From Planctomycetota bacterium (GTDB taxonomy: Bacteria > Planctomycetota > OFTM77): 64,000 nucleotides of DNA. The stretch spans positions 68,414-132,413 of the forward strand of contig JAJDCO010000053.1 of assembly GCA_029260795.1 (NCBI GenBank), written 5' to 3'. Numbering within the stretch: the stretch's first letter is position 1; each line of letters opens with the position of its first letter. This document shows, piece after piece, positions 47,869 to 58,417 of this stretch. Below the pieces are notes generated by a model. It was not told the DNA's origin. It searched no databases and saw nothing but the letters and a program-made list of their open reading frames with translations. Made by a program: the position numbers and the translations under genes.

Positions 47869-48648
47869 ATGTCCGTGATGCGGGTGCGACGGGATGGGGG
47901 CTTCGAGGATGTCCGTGCACGGTCGAGCTTCATGAGTGACGGTGGATTGAGGTCGGATGTCCGGAGTTGTCCGCTCTGGGCATCCTTCGCGTCGGTGATT
48001 GCCCTCTGCCTACTCGGCGGCTGCACGAGCACCTCACCAGCTCTGATCGACCAGGGGCAGGCGTTGGTTGTCGTGAAGACGCGGCGATTGACCGAGCGCT
48101 TCGGCGCATTCTTGGGGCGCGCCCATCATGCCAGCATCGACTTCCGTGAAGACGAGACGAGGCAGTGGTACCGAGTGGCTGTCGATGGTCCGGATTCCGG
48201 CGCTCGCGTGTACGCCATCACCGACCAGGAGGCCGCCGCGCGCGACTACGAGGGTCGACCGTACCGGGTGCTTCAAATGCTCGAGGGTGATCGGGCGATA
48301 GCAGCCATCCGTCGCCTTCGAGTCGAGGTCCCCGCCGTCAATCGCACCTATGCCTACGGACCCTGGCCGGGCCCCAACAGCAACACGTTCATCGATGATC
48401 TGGGCCGCTCGATCCCCGAGCTTCGGTTCGAGCAGCACCACAACGCATTCTGCAAAGACTACGCACCGACGGTGTTGGTCGGAAGCACGACGACCGGCAC
48501 CGGTGTCGAGCTCGAGACCCCGGTGCTCGGCGTGCAGGTCGGGATCCTCGACGGCCTGGAGCTCCACGTCCTGGCGTTGTCGTTCGGCGTCAATCTCTGG
48601 CCCCCGCGTCTCGAGCTTCCCTTCGTCGAGCGCGTGGGCTTCGACTGA
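47869..48648 (+). CDS. DUF3750-like lipoprotein
   Basis: The lipobox is ALCLLGGC. The motifs HHASIDFRE..WYRV and YGPWPGPNSNTFI are as recalled for DUF3750. The start is ATG 47869 (TGAATG junction with the upstream gene) or ATG 47932. Confidence 0.6.
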   Translation: MSVMRVRRDGGFEDVRARSSFMSDGGLRSDVRSCPLWASFASVIALCLLGGCTSTSPALIDQGQALVVVKTRRLTERFGAFLGRAHHASIDFREDETRQWYRVAVDGPDSGARVYAITDQEAAARDYEGRPYRVLQMLEGDRAIAAIRRLRVEVPAVNRTYAYGPWPGPNSNTFIDDLGRSIPELRFEQHHNAFCKDYAPTVLVGSTTTGTGVELETPVLGVQVGILDGLELHVLALSFGVNLWPPRLELPFVERVGFD

Positions 48649-48832
48649 AGAGGCGGTTCACCGCGTCCGCCGAGGCGAAGGCGGAGCTGCGACCGCCCTT
48701 CGTCACGAGGTCGATGTGCGGAGTCGATCGTGGTCGGGCTGAAAAGCGCACGATCAACGAAGAAGAGCGAGCGCTGTCGCGGAAATGGATCGGCGTCGGA
48801 GAGATGGCGCGGGAGCTCGACCGCAGCCGCTT

Positions 48833-49189
48833 CTACGCCCAGCCGGGCCAGGCGCGATCGTTGCGACGGTAGACGCCGTCTTCGGTGCGCTCGAAGAGGG
48901 CTTGCGTCAGCGGGTGGGCGATCGGATCTTCCGACACGTCGGCCGTCAAGTTCTCTTCGGCCGCATAGGTCACGGCCGAGGAGCCGTCGACGAGCACGTG
49001 ATACCAGGCCTGATCTCGCGTCGGTTGCGTCTGGTTCTTGTCGTACCACTCTTCATTGGCCAGGCAGCGGATGTCGAAGTCGACGATCACGCCTCGGTAT
49101 CCGTAGCGGCGGTGCCGAACGAGCTGACCCGGAGCAAAGAGGGGAAGATCGGACGGGAGATGATCGGGAATCGGTTCGCGTTCGTTCAT
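48833..49189 (-). CDS. hspQ: heat-shock protein HspQ / YccV-like hemimethylated-DNA-binding domain protein
   Basis: 118 aa. FAPGQLVRHRRYGYRGVIVDFD and WYHVLVD are hallmark YccV/HspQ motifs. Confidence 0.88.
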   Translation of the reverse strand: MNEREPIPDHLPSDLPLFAPGQLVRHRRYGYRGVIVDFDIRCLANEEWYDKNQTQPTRDQAWYHVLVDGSSAVTYAAEENLTADVSEDPIAHPLTQALFERTEDGVYRRNDRAWPGWA

Positions 49190-49295
49190 CGTGCTTGCTG
49201 GTTTTACCGACGAGTCGGGGCCCGAAGACAGGGCGCCGTCATGGCATCGTTGAGCCGAGATCGCAACGGCTTTTTCGAAGTCGAGCTCGTCCGAG

Positions 49296-51011
49296 TCACT
49301 TCCCGGAGCGTCGCAATCGATACACCGTCAGCTTCGGCCCCGCTTCCGAAAGTTCCTCCAAGCCTTTGAGTGGGATGTAGAAAGCATCCAGCTCATCGTA
49401 GCGGGGCGCCGAGCCTCCGACGCGTTTCGGATCGCGCTCCCATGCGATCTCGCCTTGACGCATGGCGAGCTTCTCGAGGACGGGTGTTGCCGCGGCCCAA
49501 GGAGTCCGATCGGCGATGATCAGGTAGACGTCGGTTCCAGACAGTGCCCGCTGGGCATCGAAGCGGAACGGCGGTGAGCCCGTCTCGATGACGTCGTATC
49601 GAGGGACCGGCGGCCAGTCGGGGAATCGCTCGCGCAGTGCGGTCAGCATCTCGCCGCGCTTCCGGAGATACTCGTGGGGAGCCGCGAGCAGATCTTCCAG
49701 CGTCGTGTGCTCGGCCGCCATCGTGCGAGGCAGCGAGCCGATCAGCCCGATCGGCACGTTGAAGATCAGCGTGGCGTCGGCGGGGATCTCGTCCTGGATC
49801 CAGGTGACGAGTCGGTTGCGCGTCTCGGGGCGAGCGGACAATCGATCGAAGTGTACCGAGTCCAGAATCGTCGGCCATGCGACCAGCAGCGCGAGCACTC
49901 CCGCGACCCACGCCCGCCCGGGTACTCGAAGGCTCCTCAACGTTCGCTCGATGACCAACCCCGCACCCAGGCAGAGGGGGGCCGCCAGAGGGAGGCTGTA
50001 TCTCGAGAAGAGCGCCCGGCCAACGCCCAGCAGCACGAAGTACGAGATCGCGAAGATCGTGATCGCTCCGCCGCCGCGGCGAGCGCACTCGAGCAATCCG
50101 AGCCCACCGAGGATCAGCAGCGGGAGCCCGAGACCATCCGACAGATAGCCGACGAGCTGAGCCCAACCAGAGGGACGTGCCGAGACGGCCGCCAGCTCTT
50201 CGGGGGCGGTGCCGTAGTAGCCGACGATGCGTGAGAAGGACTCCCAGAAGCCTCCCGGGTCCAAGACGACGAACGGTGAGGCCAATGCGAAGACGCCGAC
50301 CGAGAGCGCACCGGTGCCGAGGATCCAGCGTCCGGGTGAGCGGCCTTGGCCGCGCGCCCAGCGCGCGACGACGAAGAGCAACGGAACGACCACGATACCG
50401 CCCGTGTATTTCACCGAAGCCGTCAGACCGGCGACGATACTCGCTCGCAGCACCTCGCGAGTCCTCGCCTTGGGCTGCAGAATGCGCATCCCGAGAAGCA
50501 GTGACAGCAGGACGAAGAAAGCCTGCGGGCCGTCGACGGTGGCGAAGTGGGCCTCACGCACCGGAAGCTGGCTGACCGCGAACAGCCCGGCACCGACGAA
50601 TCCGCCGAGGGTCGTGCCGAGCCGTCGACCCAAGCGCACGATCAGCCAAACGCAGGCGACCGAGAGGGCCGCGGAGATCGATCGTGCAAAGAGCACATAG
50701 GGCGTCGGGTCGACTCGAAAGTCGTGGAGCAGATCGAGCCAGTCCCCGAAGTGCCCACCCAGGCGGCCGATCAGATAGGCGGGCGCGAGCGCGATGTGGA
50801 GCAGATACAGGTAGAAGGTCGGGTAGTTGAACAGGTGCGGGTTGTAGTCGCCGGAGAAGAAGGTCAGGGCCGGCAAGATGACCTTCTCTTCGTCAGGGCG
50901 GATGCCGAGGATCGGGAGGCCGAAGTCGAGCCCCCAGATTCGCAGACCTGCGGCCAGCATCAGGAGAAGCGCGACTCCGACGCGTCGGTGCCAGACGCGG
51001 TTCTCGCTCAC
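49296..51011 (-). CDS. GT39/ArnT-like polytopic glycosyltransferase (PMT_2 family)
   Basis: 571 aa with more than 10 predicted TM helices. The N-terminus LRIWGLDFGLP...DEEKVILPAL is typical of dolichyl/undecaprenyl-phosphate-sugar-dependent transferases. GTG start, 4 nt after the GT2 stop. Confidence 0.75.
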   Translation of the reverse strand: MSENRVWHRRVGVALLLMLAAGLRIWGLDFGLPILGIRPDEEKVILPALTFFSGDYNPHLFNYPTFYLYLLHIALAPAYLIGRLGGHFGDWLDLLHDFRVDPTPYVLFARSISAALSVACVWLIVRLGRRLGTTLGGFVGAGLFAVSQLPVREAHFATVDGPQAFFVLLSLLLGMRILQPKARTREVLRASIVAGLTASVKYTGGIVVVPLLFVVARWARGQGRSPGRWILGTGALSVGVFALASPFVVLDPGGFWESFSRIVGYYGTAPEELAAVSARPSGWAQLVGYLSDGLGLPLLILGGLGLLECARRGGGAITIFAISYFVLLGVGRALFSRYSLPLAAPLCLGAGLVIERTLRSLRVPGRAWVAGVLALLVAWPTILDSVHFDRLSARPETRNRLVTWIQDEIPADATLIFNVPIGLIGSLPRTMAAEHTTLEDLLAAPHEYLRKRGEMLTALRERFPDWPPVPRYDVIETGSPPFRFDAQRALSGTDVYLIIADRTPWAAATPVLEKLAMRQGEIAWERDPKRVGGSAPRYDELDAFYIPLKGLEELSEAGPKLTVYRLRRSGK

Positions 51012-51015
51012 GTTC

Positions 51016-51849
51016 TCAATCCGTGGAAGAGGAGGCGAGATCGCTCTGCGGCACGTCGTCGTGCTCGTCTTCGGTGGCGATCAGGTCGGTAGTGAGTCGC
51101 TGACTCCCGTCATCGGTGAAGATCGGGAACTGCTTGAGGCCCCATCGCTGGAGCCGATACCGGAGTGCCGTCCCCAGCACGCCGAACCCGTACACGGTGC
51201 TGCTCCAGAAATCGATCGACGAAGCGTCCTCGTTGTAGCGCGCCGGACATGAGATCTCGCCGATCTGGAAGCCGAAGTGGACGGCCTGGGCGATCATCTG
51301 ATTGTCGAAGACGAAGTTATCCGAGTTGGCCGAGAGCGGAAGCTTCTCGAGCACTCGGCGAGAGAACGCGCGGTAGCCGGTGTGATACTCCGACAGCTTG
51401 CGACCGAGCAGGACGTTCTCGGCCAGCGTGAGCACGCGGTTCGAGAGGTACTTGTAGAGCGGCATGCCGCCCTCGAGCGCACTGCCCACCAGGATGCGCG
51501 AGGCGAGGACCATGTCGTAGTGCCCCGACTCGACCATGGCCGCCATCGGAATGACGAGCCGCGGTGAGTACTGGTAGTCGGGGTGCAGCATCACGACGAT
51601 ATCGGCGCCCCGGGCGAGCGCCTCGCGGTAGCAGGTCTTCTGGTTGCCGCCGTAGCCCAGGTTCTGATGATGCTGAATGGCGGTGATCCCGAGCCGTTCG
51701 GCTTCGGCCAGGGTCTCGTCCTGGCTGCAGTCGTCGACGAGCAGCACTTCGTCCACGTACTCGTGAGGGATCTCACGATACGTGCGCTCGAGCGTGCGGG
51801 CGGCGTTGTAGGCCGGCAGCACGACGACGATCTTCTGATCTCGGATCAT
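51016..51849 (-). CDS. family 2 glycosyltransferase (polyprenol-phosphate sugar synthase-like)
   Basis: 277 aa from the ATG at 51849 ([20 protein letters not shown]). The DxD region is [11 protein letters not shown]. The upstream 64 aa of the track ORF look non-coding. Confidence 0.85.
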   Translation of the reverse strand: MIRDQKIVVVLPAYNAARTLERTYREIPHEYVDEVLLVDDCSQDETLAEAERLGITAIQHHQNLGYGGNQKTCYREALARGADIVVMLHPDYQYSPRLVIPMAAMVESGHYDMVLASRILVGSALEGGMPLYKYLSNRVLTLAENVLLGRKLSEYHTGYRAFSRRVLEKLPLSANSDNFVFDNQMIAQAVHFGFQIGEISCPARYNEDASSIDFWSSTVYGFGVLGTALRYRLQRWGLKQFPIFTDDGSQRLTTDLIATEDEHDDVPQSDLASSSTD

Positions 51850-52132
51850 AGGGGCTCGGGGCTTCGGTGCGGTGGCATTCCTTGACGCAAAGATTGTGAT
51901 GCCAAAAGCTTCAGTAGTCAAGGTGCGCCTGGGCCTCGGCCATGTTTCTCTCTCGTTTTCTCGTGGGAAGGCCGATTTGCCCCCCCCGAGAGAGCAGGGT
52001 ATTCTCACCTTCGGGAAAGGGGCTCTCACAGCCCGTTGCACGTCACGAGAGATCAGACCACGCCGGTGACCCTCCGCGCCCGAGGGGAGTGTCCGTCGTT
52101 GGTTCGATCGAGTCGGGTAAAGGGGTCACACG

Positions 52133-54148
52133 ATGTCCACAGAGGTCCGTCCGCCTCGCCAACGCCAACTCGCTCGCCTTTTTGGACCGCTCTTGCTGGT
52201 CGTCGTCGCGAGCTCCTCCGCCTGGTCGCAGGTTCCCTTCGCTTCAGAGCCCCAGCTCCGCCAAGCACTGCGTCTCGAGCAAGTCGAAGTTCAGGATCTG
52301 CTGCTTCCCGAAGCCGCGGGAGGGCTCGTTCAAGCGACGATCCGACTGGCGGGCCTCGATTATTGGTTCACACTCCAGCCCCACTCCCTTCGCAGTGACG
52401 CCTTCGAGGTCCTGGTCGACACGGGGGGCGGACTCGACCCGGTCGCTCTCTCGCCGTCCAAGACATTTCGCGGCGAAGTGCGTGGCGCGCAGGCCGGTCA
52501 GATCGCCGGTCATCTCGAGGGCGGACAGCTGACGGCGACGCTACTCCTCGAGGACGGTGCCGTGTGGACGATCCAGCCGCTCCTCCCCATCGTCCCCGGC
52601 GCGGCGTCGACCCAGCACGCCGTCTTCCAGTCTGAAGACGTTCTCCCGGGGGCGGAGTCGTGCGGAAGCGAGACGCTGCCGCCTGGCCTGGGGAGCGTCG
52701 ATCTGGGAGCCGACGGTCCGAGCACCGAGGCCGCTGCGACGGGCAATCAGATCTGTCAGGTCGCCTTCGACGCCGACTACGAGTTCTATCAGATGAACGG
52801 CTCGTCGGTCTCGGCCACGGTCGACGACATCGAGATGATCATGAATGCCGTCGATCTGATCTACGAGCGCGACGCTCAGATCGTCTACGAGATCACCACG
52901 GTGATCGTGCGATCGTCGGCTTCGGATCCCTACACGTCTTCCAACTCGAGCACGCTGCTCGGCGAGTTCGTGACGACCTGGCAAGCGAACCACTCGGCGA
53001 TCCAACGCGACACGGCGCACCTGATGACCGGTAAAGACATCGATGGCGGCGTGATCGGCGTCGCGTATGTCGGAGTCATCTGCAGCGGCTCTTGGGCCTA
53101 CGGGCTGTCCGAGTCCCGCTTCTCGGCGAACCTCGACCTCCGAGTCGGGCTCACCGCACACGAGCTCGGCCACAACTGGAGCAGCGGTCACTGTGACGGC
53201 GACGTCGACTGCCACATCATGTGCTCGTACATCAACAGCTGTGCGGGGATCGGGCTCCCGGACTTCAACTCCAACTCGATCGCTTCGATTCTTTCCCACA
53301 AGGCGTCGCGATCGTGTCTGACGGCCGAGCACGATCCGATCTCGCTGGCAAACGGTCCTTTCGAGGACGACTTCGACTCCGCTTCGCTCAGCGCTGAGCG
53401 CTGGCGGCACGTCGACAGCGCGCTGGTCTCGACGGCCGCCCTGGCCGAGCCGACCGGGAGCTTCACACTCAACCTGGATTCGGCCGGCTCCGATCAAGGT
53501 GAGCAAGACGAGGTGCGCACCGTCGAGATGCTCCTCAGCGGCGAAGCCGACGTATCGGTGGGCTTCTTCAGCCAGCATCGGGGCACCGAGAATGGCGAAT
53601 CGCTCTACTGCGAGTATCTCGACTCGAGCGGTGCTTGGGCGACGCTCGTTCAGGTGACCTCTTCCGGCGTCGATCAGACCGAGTTCCTGTATCACCGAGC
53701 GGCTCTTCCGGGCAACGCCTATCACGACGGCTTCCGGCTGCGCCTTCGCAGTGACAGCGACGAGTCGAATGACGACTGGTACATCGACAGCCTGCGCGTC
53801 TTCCGGACGCCGACGCTGACCCTGACCTCTCCGCTGACGCTCGGTGCGAACGGGCAGGTGGATATCGATGACCTCTCACCGGGCCAGACGGCCCTGCTGT
53901 TCTTCTCCTTCGACGGCATCGGGAGCGGCCCTTGCTTCGTGCAAGGCACGCAGTGCATCGACCTGGTGGGCACGATCTACGTTCTCGCCTCCGGAGTGGC
54001 CGACGGCAACGGAACGCTCGCGATCCAGTCCTACATCCATCCCGCGATACCGTCCGGACTGACCTTCTACCTCCAGGCCTTCGGTATCGGGGACGTGGGC
54101 TTGGAGTCGGATCTGACCAACACGCTCACCGCGACCACTCAGAACTGA
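52133..54148 (+). CDS. secreted reprolysin-like (M12B-type metzincin) zinc metalloprotease with large C-terminal extension
   Basis: 671 aa with a signal peptide (LARLFGPLLLVVVASSSAWSQ). The zinc site is TAHELGHNWSSGHCD (HExxHxxxxxH). The C-terminal ~280 aa are beta-rich and unassigned. Confidence 0.8.
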   Translation: MSTEVRPPRQRQLARLFGPLLLVVVASSSAWSQVPFASEPQLRQALRLEQVEVQDLLLPEAAGGLVQATIRLAGLDYWFTLQPHSLRSDAFEVLVDTGGGLDPVALSPSKTFRGEVRGAQAGQIAGHLEGGQLTATLLLEDGAVWTIQPLLPIVPGAASTQHAVFQSEDVLPGAESCGSETLPPGLGSVDLGADGPSTEAAATGNQICQVAFDADYEFYQMNGSSVSATVDDIEMIMNAVDLIYERDAQIVYEITTVIVRSSASDPYTSSNSSTLLGEFVTTWQANHSAIQRDTAHLMTGKDIDGGVIGVAYVGVICSGSWAYGLSESRFSANLDLRVGLTAHELGHNWSSGHCDGDVDCHIMCSYINSCAGIGLPDFNSNSIASILSHKASRSCLTAEHDPISLANGPFEDDFDSASLSAERWRHVDSALVSTAALAEPTGSFTLNLDSAGSDQGEQDEVRTVEMLLSGEADVSVGFFSQHRGTENGESLYCEYLDSSGAWATLVQVTSSGVDQTEFLYHRAALPGNAYHDGFRLRLRSDSDESNDDWYIDSLRVFRTPTLTLTSPLTLGANGQVDIDDLSPGQTALLFFSFDGIGSGPCFVQGTQCIDLVGTIYVLASGVADGNGTLAIQSYIHPAIPSGLTFYLQAFGIGDVGLESDLTNTLTATTQN

Positions 54149-54259
54149 GTCACGCACACGGGAGGGCACTCGGCGGCCCTCCCGTGACCGGTCGCTCTTC
54201 GCTGTCGTGTCGGAAGCTTCGCTGGAATCGCCTTGAGCCGGCGAGTTGGGCGTGGTGGG

Positions 54260-55720
54260 ATGAGCCTCAGCTCCGCACCGGTCCGGGGAACGACGCCGCG
54301 AGGCGGATGCCGGGGGGGAGCTTCCTCGATCCTGAGCGTGCGGGTGGTCTCCAAGAGCGAGTTCGTCGTCGTCTCCAATCGGCTGCCGGTCCGGCGGGCC
54401 GGGCCGAAGAGCTCGCGCTGGGAGACGAGCCCGGGCGGCCTGGTGTCGGCGTTGACACCGGTGCTGCGAGATCGACCGAGCACCTGGATCGGCTGGGACG
54501 GGACGATAGGCCGAGCGCCTCGCCCCTTCGTGCACGATGGCATTCGCAACGACCCGGTGCCCCTCTCCCAGTCCGAGATCGAGACCTACTACGACGGATT
54601 CTCGAACCGGACGATCTGGCCGCTGTATCACGACGCGGTGCGCTCGCCCGAGTACCACCGGCACTGGTGGCGGCCCTACGTTGAGGTCAACCGGCGCTTC
54701 GCCGAGCGCGCCGCACAGCGAGCCGCACGCGGCGGCATCGTTTGGGTGCACGACTATCAGCTCCAGCTGGTTCCCGGCATGCTGCGACAGCTGCGACCGG
54801 ACCTTCGGATCGGCTTCTTCCTGCACATCCCGTTTCCGCCTCCTGAGCTGTTTCGTCAACTTCCGTGGCGGCGAGAGATTCTCGAAGGTCTGCTCGGTGC
54901 CGACGTGGTGGGCTTTCAGACCAAGGCCGGTATTCAGAACCTCTCTCGCCTCGCCCGTCACCTGCTCGGCTCCTCGGGGCAGAGCGGCGAGCTGATCCAC
55001 GATCGGCGGCGCGTTCAGGTGGGGGCGTTCCCGATCTCGATCGACTTCGAGCGGTACTCAAAGCGGGCGGCCGATCCCGAGTCGCATGCGCGCGCGAACG
55101 AGCTGCGCACTCGCCTGGGGCAGCGGCACGTCCTGCTGGGCGTCGATCGACTCGACTACACCAAGGGAATCGATACTCGTCTGAAGGCCTTTCGAGAGCT
55201 CTTGGTGTCGGGGCGTCTCGGACTGGACGATGCCGTCTTCGTGCAGATCGGCGTCCCGAGTCGGAAGCGGGTCGACGAGTACCAGCAGCTCACGCGGAGC
55301 ATTCACGAGATCGTGGGCGAGCTGAATGGCGAGTACGGTCAGGTGGGTCTGAATGCGGTCGAGTACTTCGGACGAAGCTTCGACTTCGAGGACTTGGTCG
55401 CCCTCTACTTGGCGGCCGACGTCATGATCGTGACGCCGCTTCGAGACGGGATGAACCTGGTGGCCAAGGAGTACATCGCCTGTCGCAACGATGACACGGG
55501 AGTGCTGGTGCTCAGCGAGTTCACGGGATCGGCGCGCGAGCTGCGACAGGCTCTCGTCGTCAACCCGCACGATATCGACGGGCTGGTCGGCGGGATCGAG
55601 ACGGCCTTGGCGATGCCGACCGTCGAGCAGAAGCGGCGCATGCGCACGCTTCGAAGGCAAGTGCGCCAGCACGACGTGTACGCCTGGGCACAAGGATTTC
55701 TGGACACTCTGGCCGAATGA
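54260..55720 (+). CDS. otsA: alpha,alpha-trehalose-phosphate synthase (GT20)
   Basis: FVVVSNRLPV, WVHDYQLQLVP, LGVDRLDYTKGI and MNLVAKEY are classical OtsA motifs. The start is uncertain: TTG 54233 in the track, ATG 54260, or GTG 54338/54344. Confidence 0.92.
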   Translation: MSLSSAPVRGTTPRGGCRGGASSILSVRVVSKSEFVVVSNRLPVRRAGPKSSRWETSPGGLVSALTPVLRDRPSTWIGWDGTIGRAPRPFVHDGIRNDPVPLSQSEIETYYDGFSNRTIWPLYHDAVRSPEYHRHWWRPYVEVNRRFAERAAQRAARGGIVWVHDYQLQLVPGMLRQLRPDLRIGFFLHIPFPPPELFRQLPWRREILEGLLGADVVGFQTKAGIQNLSRLARHLLGSSGQSGELIHDRRRVQVGAFPISIDFERYSKRAADPESHARANELRTRLGQRHVLLGVDRLDYTKGIDTRLKAFRELLVSGRLGLDDAVFVQIGVPSRKRVDEYQQLTRSIHEIVGELNGEYGQVGLNAVEYFGRSFDFEDLVALYLAADVMIVTPLRDGMNLVAKEYIACRNDDTGVLVLSEFTGSARELRQALVVNPHDIDGLVGGIETALAMPTVEQKRRMRTLRRQVRQHDVYAWAQGFLDTLAE

Positions 55721-55822
55721 CGTGTGGCCTGGCTCTGAAGGTATGGTGTACTCCTCCTCGGTCGTCCAACCCCGGCTCTCGGGGTGCCGCTCACCGAGCC
55801 GATTCCCAGGACCCGAGAACCG

Positions 55823-58417
55823 ATGAAGCGCCTGCTCGAGAAGCTCGACGCCGTCGCCCAGACACCCCTCCTCCTGGTCGCCACCGACTACGACGGGACT
55901 ATCGCGCCGATCGTGGCCGATCCGGATGCTGCGCGACCCGACCGCGAGGCTCTGCTCGCACTGCGGCGTCTCGCCGCGTTGCCGAACACCCATGTCGCCG
56001 TCGTCTCCGGCCGCTCGCTCGCCGACCTAGCGCGGCTGTCCAGCCTCACCGAGGAGGTGCACCTGGTCGGGAGCCACGGGAGCGAGTTCGAGCCGGGATT
56101 CGCCTCGTCGCTCCCGGAAGAGACGCAATCACTTCGTGAGCGCGTGGAGCGAGAGCTGCGAGCCATCGCTGCGCGTTCCCAAGGCTTCACCATCGAGACC
56201 AAGCCGGCGAGTGTCGCCTTCCACTATCGCCGCGCCGATCCCGAGCAGGCGCGCGCTGCCATCAGTGAGATTCGCGAAGGGCCGGCTCGGCTGAAGGGCG
56301 TTCAGGTCAAGCGCGGCAAGATGGTCCTCGAGCTGTCGGTCGTCATGACTCACAAGGGAGACGCGCTTCAGCGGCTGAGGCATCGAGTGAGCGCGACCGC
56401 GGTCGTGTTCTTCGGCGATGACGTCACGGATGAGGACGCCTTCGCGACACTCTCCGGTCCCGATGTCGGTGTCAAGGTCGGGGAAGGTGAGTCCCAGGCG
56501 ATTCACCGCGTCGCGAACACACGCGACGTCAGTCGATTGCTCGCACGCCTGCATGACGCGCGCGTCGACTGGCTCGAGGGCACTCAAGCGACACCGATAT
56601 CCGACTACTCCATCCTCTCTGACCAACGCACGATCGCGGTCGTCTCGCCGCGGGGTTCGGTCGATTGGATGTGCTTGCCGCGCATCGACTCCCCGGCCCT
56701 GTTCGCTGCCTTGGTAGGAGGTCCCACCGCCGGCAGCTTCGTCGTCAGAGACCCCGATCCCGAGGCCGTCTCCTCGGTGAGCTACCAGGGGGACTCGGTC
56801 GTCCTGCGGACGGATTGGCCGACGTTTCACGTCCTCGACTTCCTCGATTGCTCGGGAGGCCGACCGGCGCAACGGGCGGGACGCTCCGACCTGGTCCGCG
56901 TGATCGAGGGCCAAGGTGAAGTGGAGATCGAGTTCGCGCCGCGCCTGGACTTTGGACGCATGCCGACCTTCCTTGCGGTGCGAGAGGGCGGCATCGTGGT
57001 CGACGCGGCTCTCGATCCGATCGTGCTGCGCTCACCCGGTGTGAGCTGGACGGTCGTCGAGGTGGCGGGGCATCAGACCGCGCGAGCCCGCGTGCGGCTC
57101 GGGCCCGAGCCGCTCGTGCTCGAGCTGCGCTACGGTTCGGGAACGCTCCGCGGGTTCGCCATTCCCATTGCGGAACGGCTCGATGCGACCTCACACTACT
57201 GGACCTCATGGGCCGAGACGTTGGCCGTGCCGTCCGTGGCACCCGAGGTGGTCCGCCACAGTGCTCTGATGCTCAAGGCGCTCTACCATCGCCCGACCGG
57301 GTCCTTTGCGGCCGCCGGAACCACCAGCTTGCCGGAGGAGATCGGCGGCGTTCGCAACTGGGACTATCGATTCTGCTGGCTGCGCGACGGCGCCATGACG
57401 GCCTCGTCTCTCGTGAGGCTCGGTCGCAACGACGAAGCGATCCGCTTCTTGGACTGGATCCTGTCCGTCGTCCACTCCAGCAGCTCGCCCGAACGATTGC
57501 TGCCCCTCTACAACGTGGGAGGTGAGGCTCCCGGGCCCGAGGCCGAGATCGGCGACCTGAGTGGATATCGCGGCAGCCGGCCCGTGCGCGTCGGCAATGG
57601 TGCCGCGCAGCAGGTCCAGCTCGACGTCTTCGGATCGGTCACCGAGCTGGTCGCGATTCTCTCCGAGCGTGACGCGCCGCTCTCACCTGGGCACTTCCAC
57701 TTGGTCGAGCTCATGGTCGATGCGGTGCGACGTCGCTGGCGAGAGCCGGATCACGGCATCTGGGAGATCCGCGGTCCGCGTCGCCATCACGTACACTCCA
57801 AGGTGATGTGCTGGGTGACCGTCGACCGGGCGCTCCAGGTTGCCGACCGCCTGCTCGATCGTCAGCATCCGGAATGGGCTCAGCTGCGCGAGATGATTGC
57901 GGTCGACGTGCTCGAGCACGGCTTCAAGCCGGAGGTGGGGGCGTTCACGGCTGCCTATGAGGGAACCGACCTCGATGCCGCCACTCTGTTCGTGGGGCTG
58001 AGTGGCCTGCTGCCGCCCGACGACGAGCGATTCCGGAGCACGGTCGCGGCGATCGAGAGAGAGCTGCGCGAAGGACCGACGGTCTATCGATACCGCGGCG
58101 ACGACGGGCTTCCCGGGACCGAAGGCGGATTCCACATCTGCGCTTCGTGGCTGGTCGATGCCTTCTGCCTGATGGATCGTCTCGAGGACGCGCGAGAGCT
58201 CTTCGACTCGATCGTCGCGCTGCGAGGTCTGACGGGCCTGCTCTCCGAGCAGTACGATCCTCCCGCGGGTCTCGCCCTCGGCAACATCCCACAAGCCTAC
58301 TCGCACATCGGACTCATCGACAACGCGATCCGCTTGGCGAGAGTCGCCCGAGACCAGACGACAGGAACCATGCGAGTAAAGGGCGGGGCCGCGCGCGGAA
58401 AAAAGCGGAGCCGCTGA
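55823..58417 (+). CDS. otsB: bifunctional trehalose-6-phosphate phosphatase (HAD) / glycoside hydrolase family 15 fusion
   Basis: The N-terminal HAD motif I is LLVATDYDGTIAPIV, with motifs II-III in ~250 aa. The remaining ~600 aa are GH15-like (GVRNWDYRFCWLRDGAMT, an alpha/alpha-toroid-sized domain). The start is ATG 55823 (MKRLLEKL) or 55784. Confidence 0.85.
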   Translation: MKRLLEKLDAVAQTPLLLVATDYDGTIAPIVADPDAARPDREALLALRRLAALPNTHVAVVSGRSLADLARLSSLTEEVHLVGSHGSEFEPGFASSLPEETQSLRERVERELRAIAARSQGFTIETKPASVAFHYRRADPEQARAAISEIREGPARLKGVQVKRGKMVLELSVVMTHKGDALQRLRHRVSATAVVFFGDDVTDEDAFATLSGPDVGVKVGEGESQAIHRVANTRDVSRLLARLHDARVDWLEGTQATPISDYSILSDQRTIAVVSPRGSVDWMCLPRIDSPALFAALVGGPTAGSFVVRDPDPEAVSSVSYQGDSVVLRTDWPTFHVLDFLDCSGGRPAQRAGRSDLVRVIEGQGEVEIEFAPRLDFGRMPTFLAVREGGIVVDAALDPIVLRSPGVSWTVVEVAGHQTARARVRLGPEPLVLELRYGSGTLRGFAIPIAERLDATSHYWTSWAETLAVPSVAPEVVRHSALMLKALYHRPTGSFAAAGTTSLPEEIGGVRNWDYRFCWLRDGAMTASSLVRLGRNDEAIRFLDWILSVVHSSSSPERLLPLYNVGGEAPGPEAEIGDLSGYRGSRPVRVGNGAAQQVQLDVFGSVTELVAILSERDAPLSPGHFHLVELMVDAVRRRWREPDHGIWEIRGPRRHHVHSKVMCWVTVDRALQVADRLLDRQHPEWAQLREMIAVDVLEHGFKPEVGAFTAAYEGTDLDAATLFVGLSGLLPPDDERFRSTVAAIERELREGPTVYRYRGDDGLPGTEGGFHICASWLVDAFCLMDRLEDARELFDSIVALRGLTGLLSEQYDPPAGLALGNIPQAYSHIGLIDNAIRLARVARDQTTGTMRVKGGAARGKKRSR

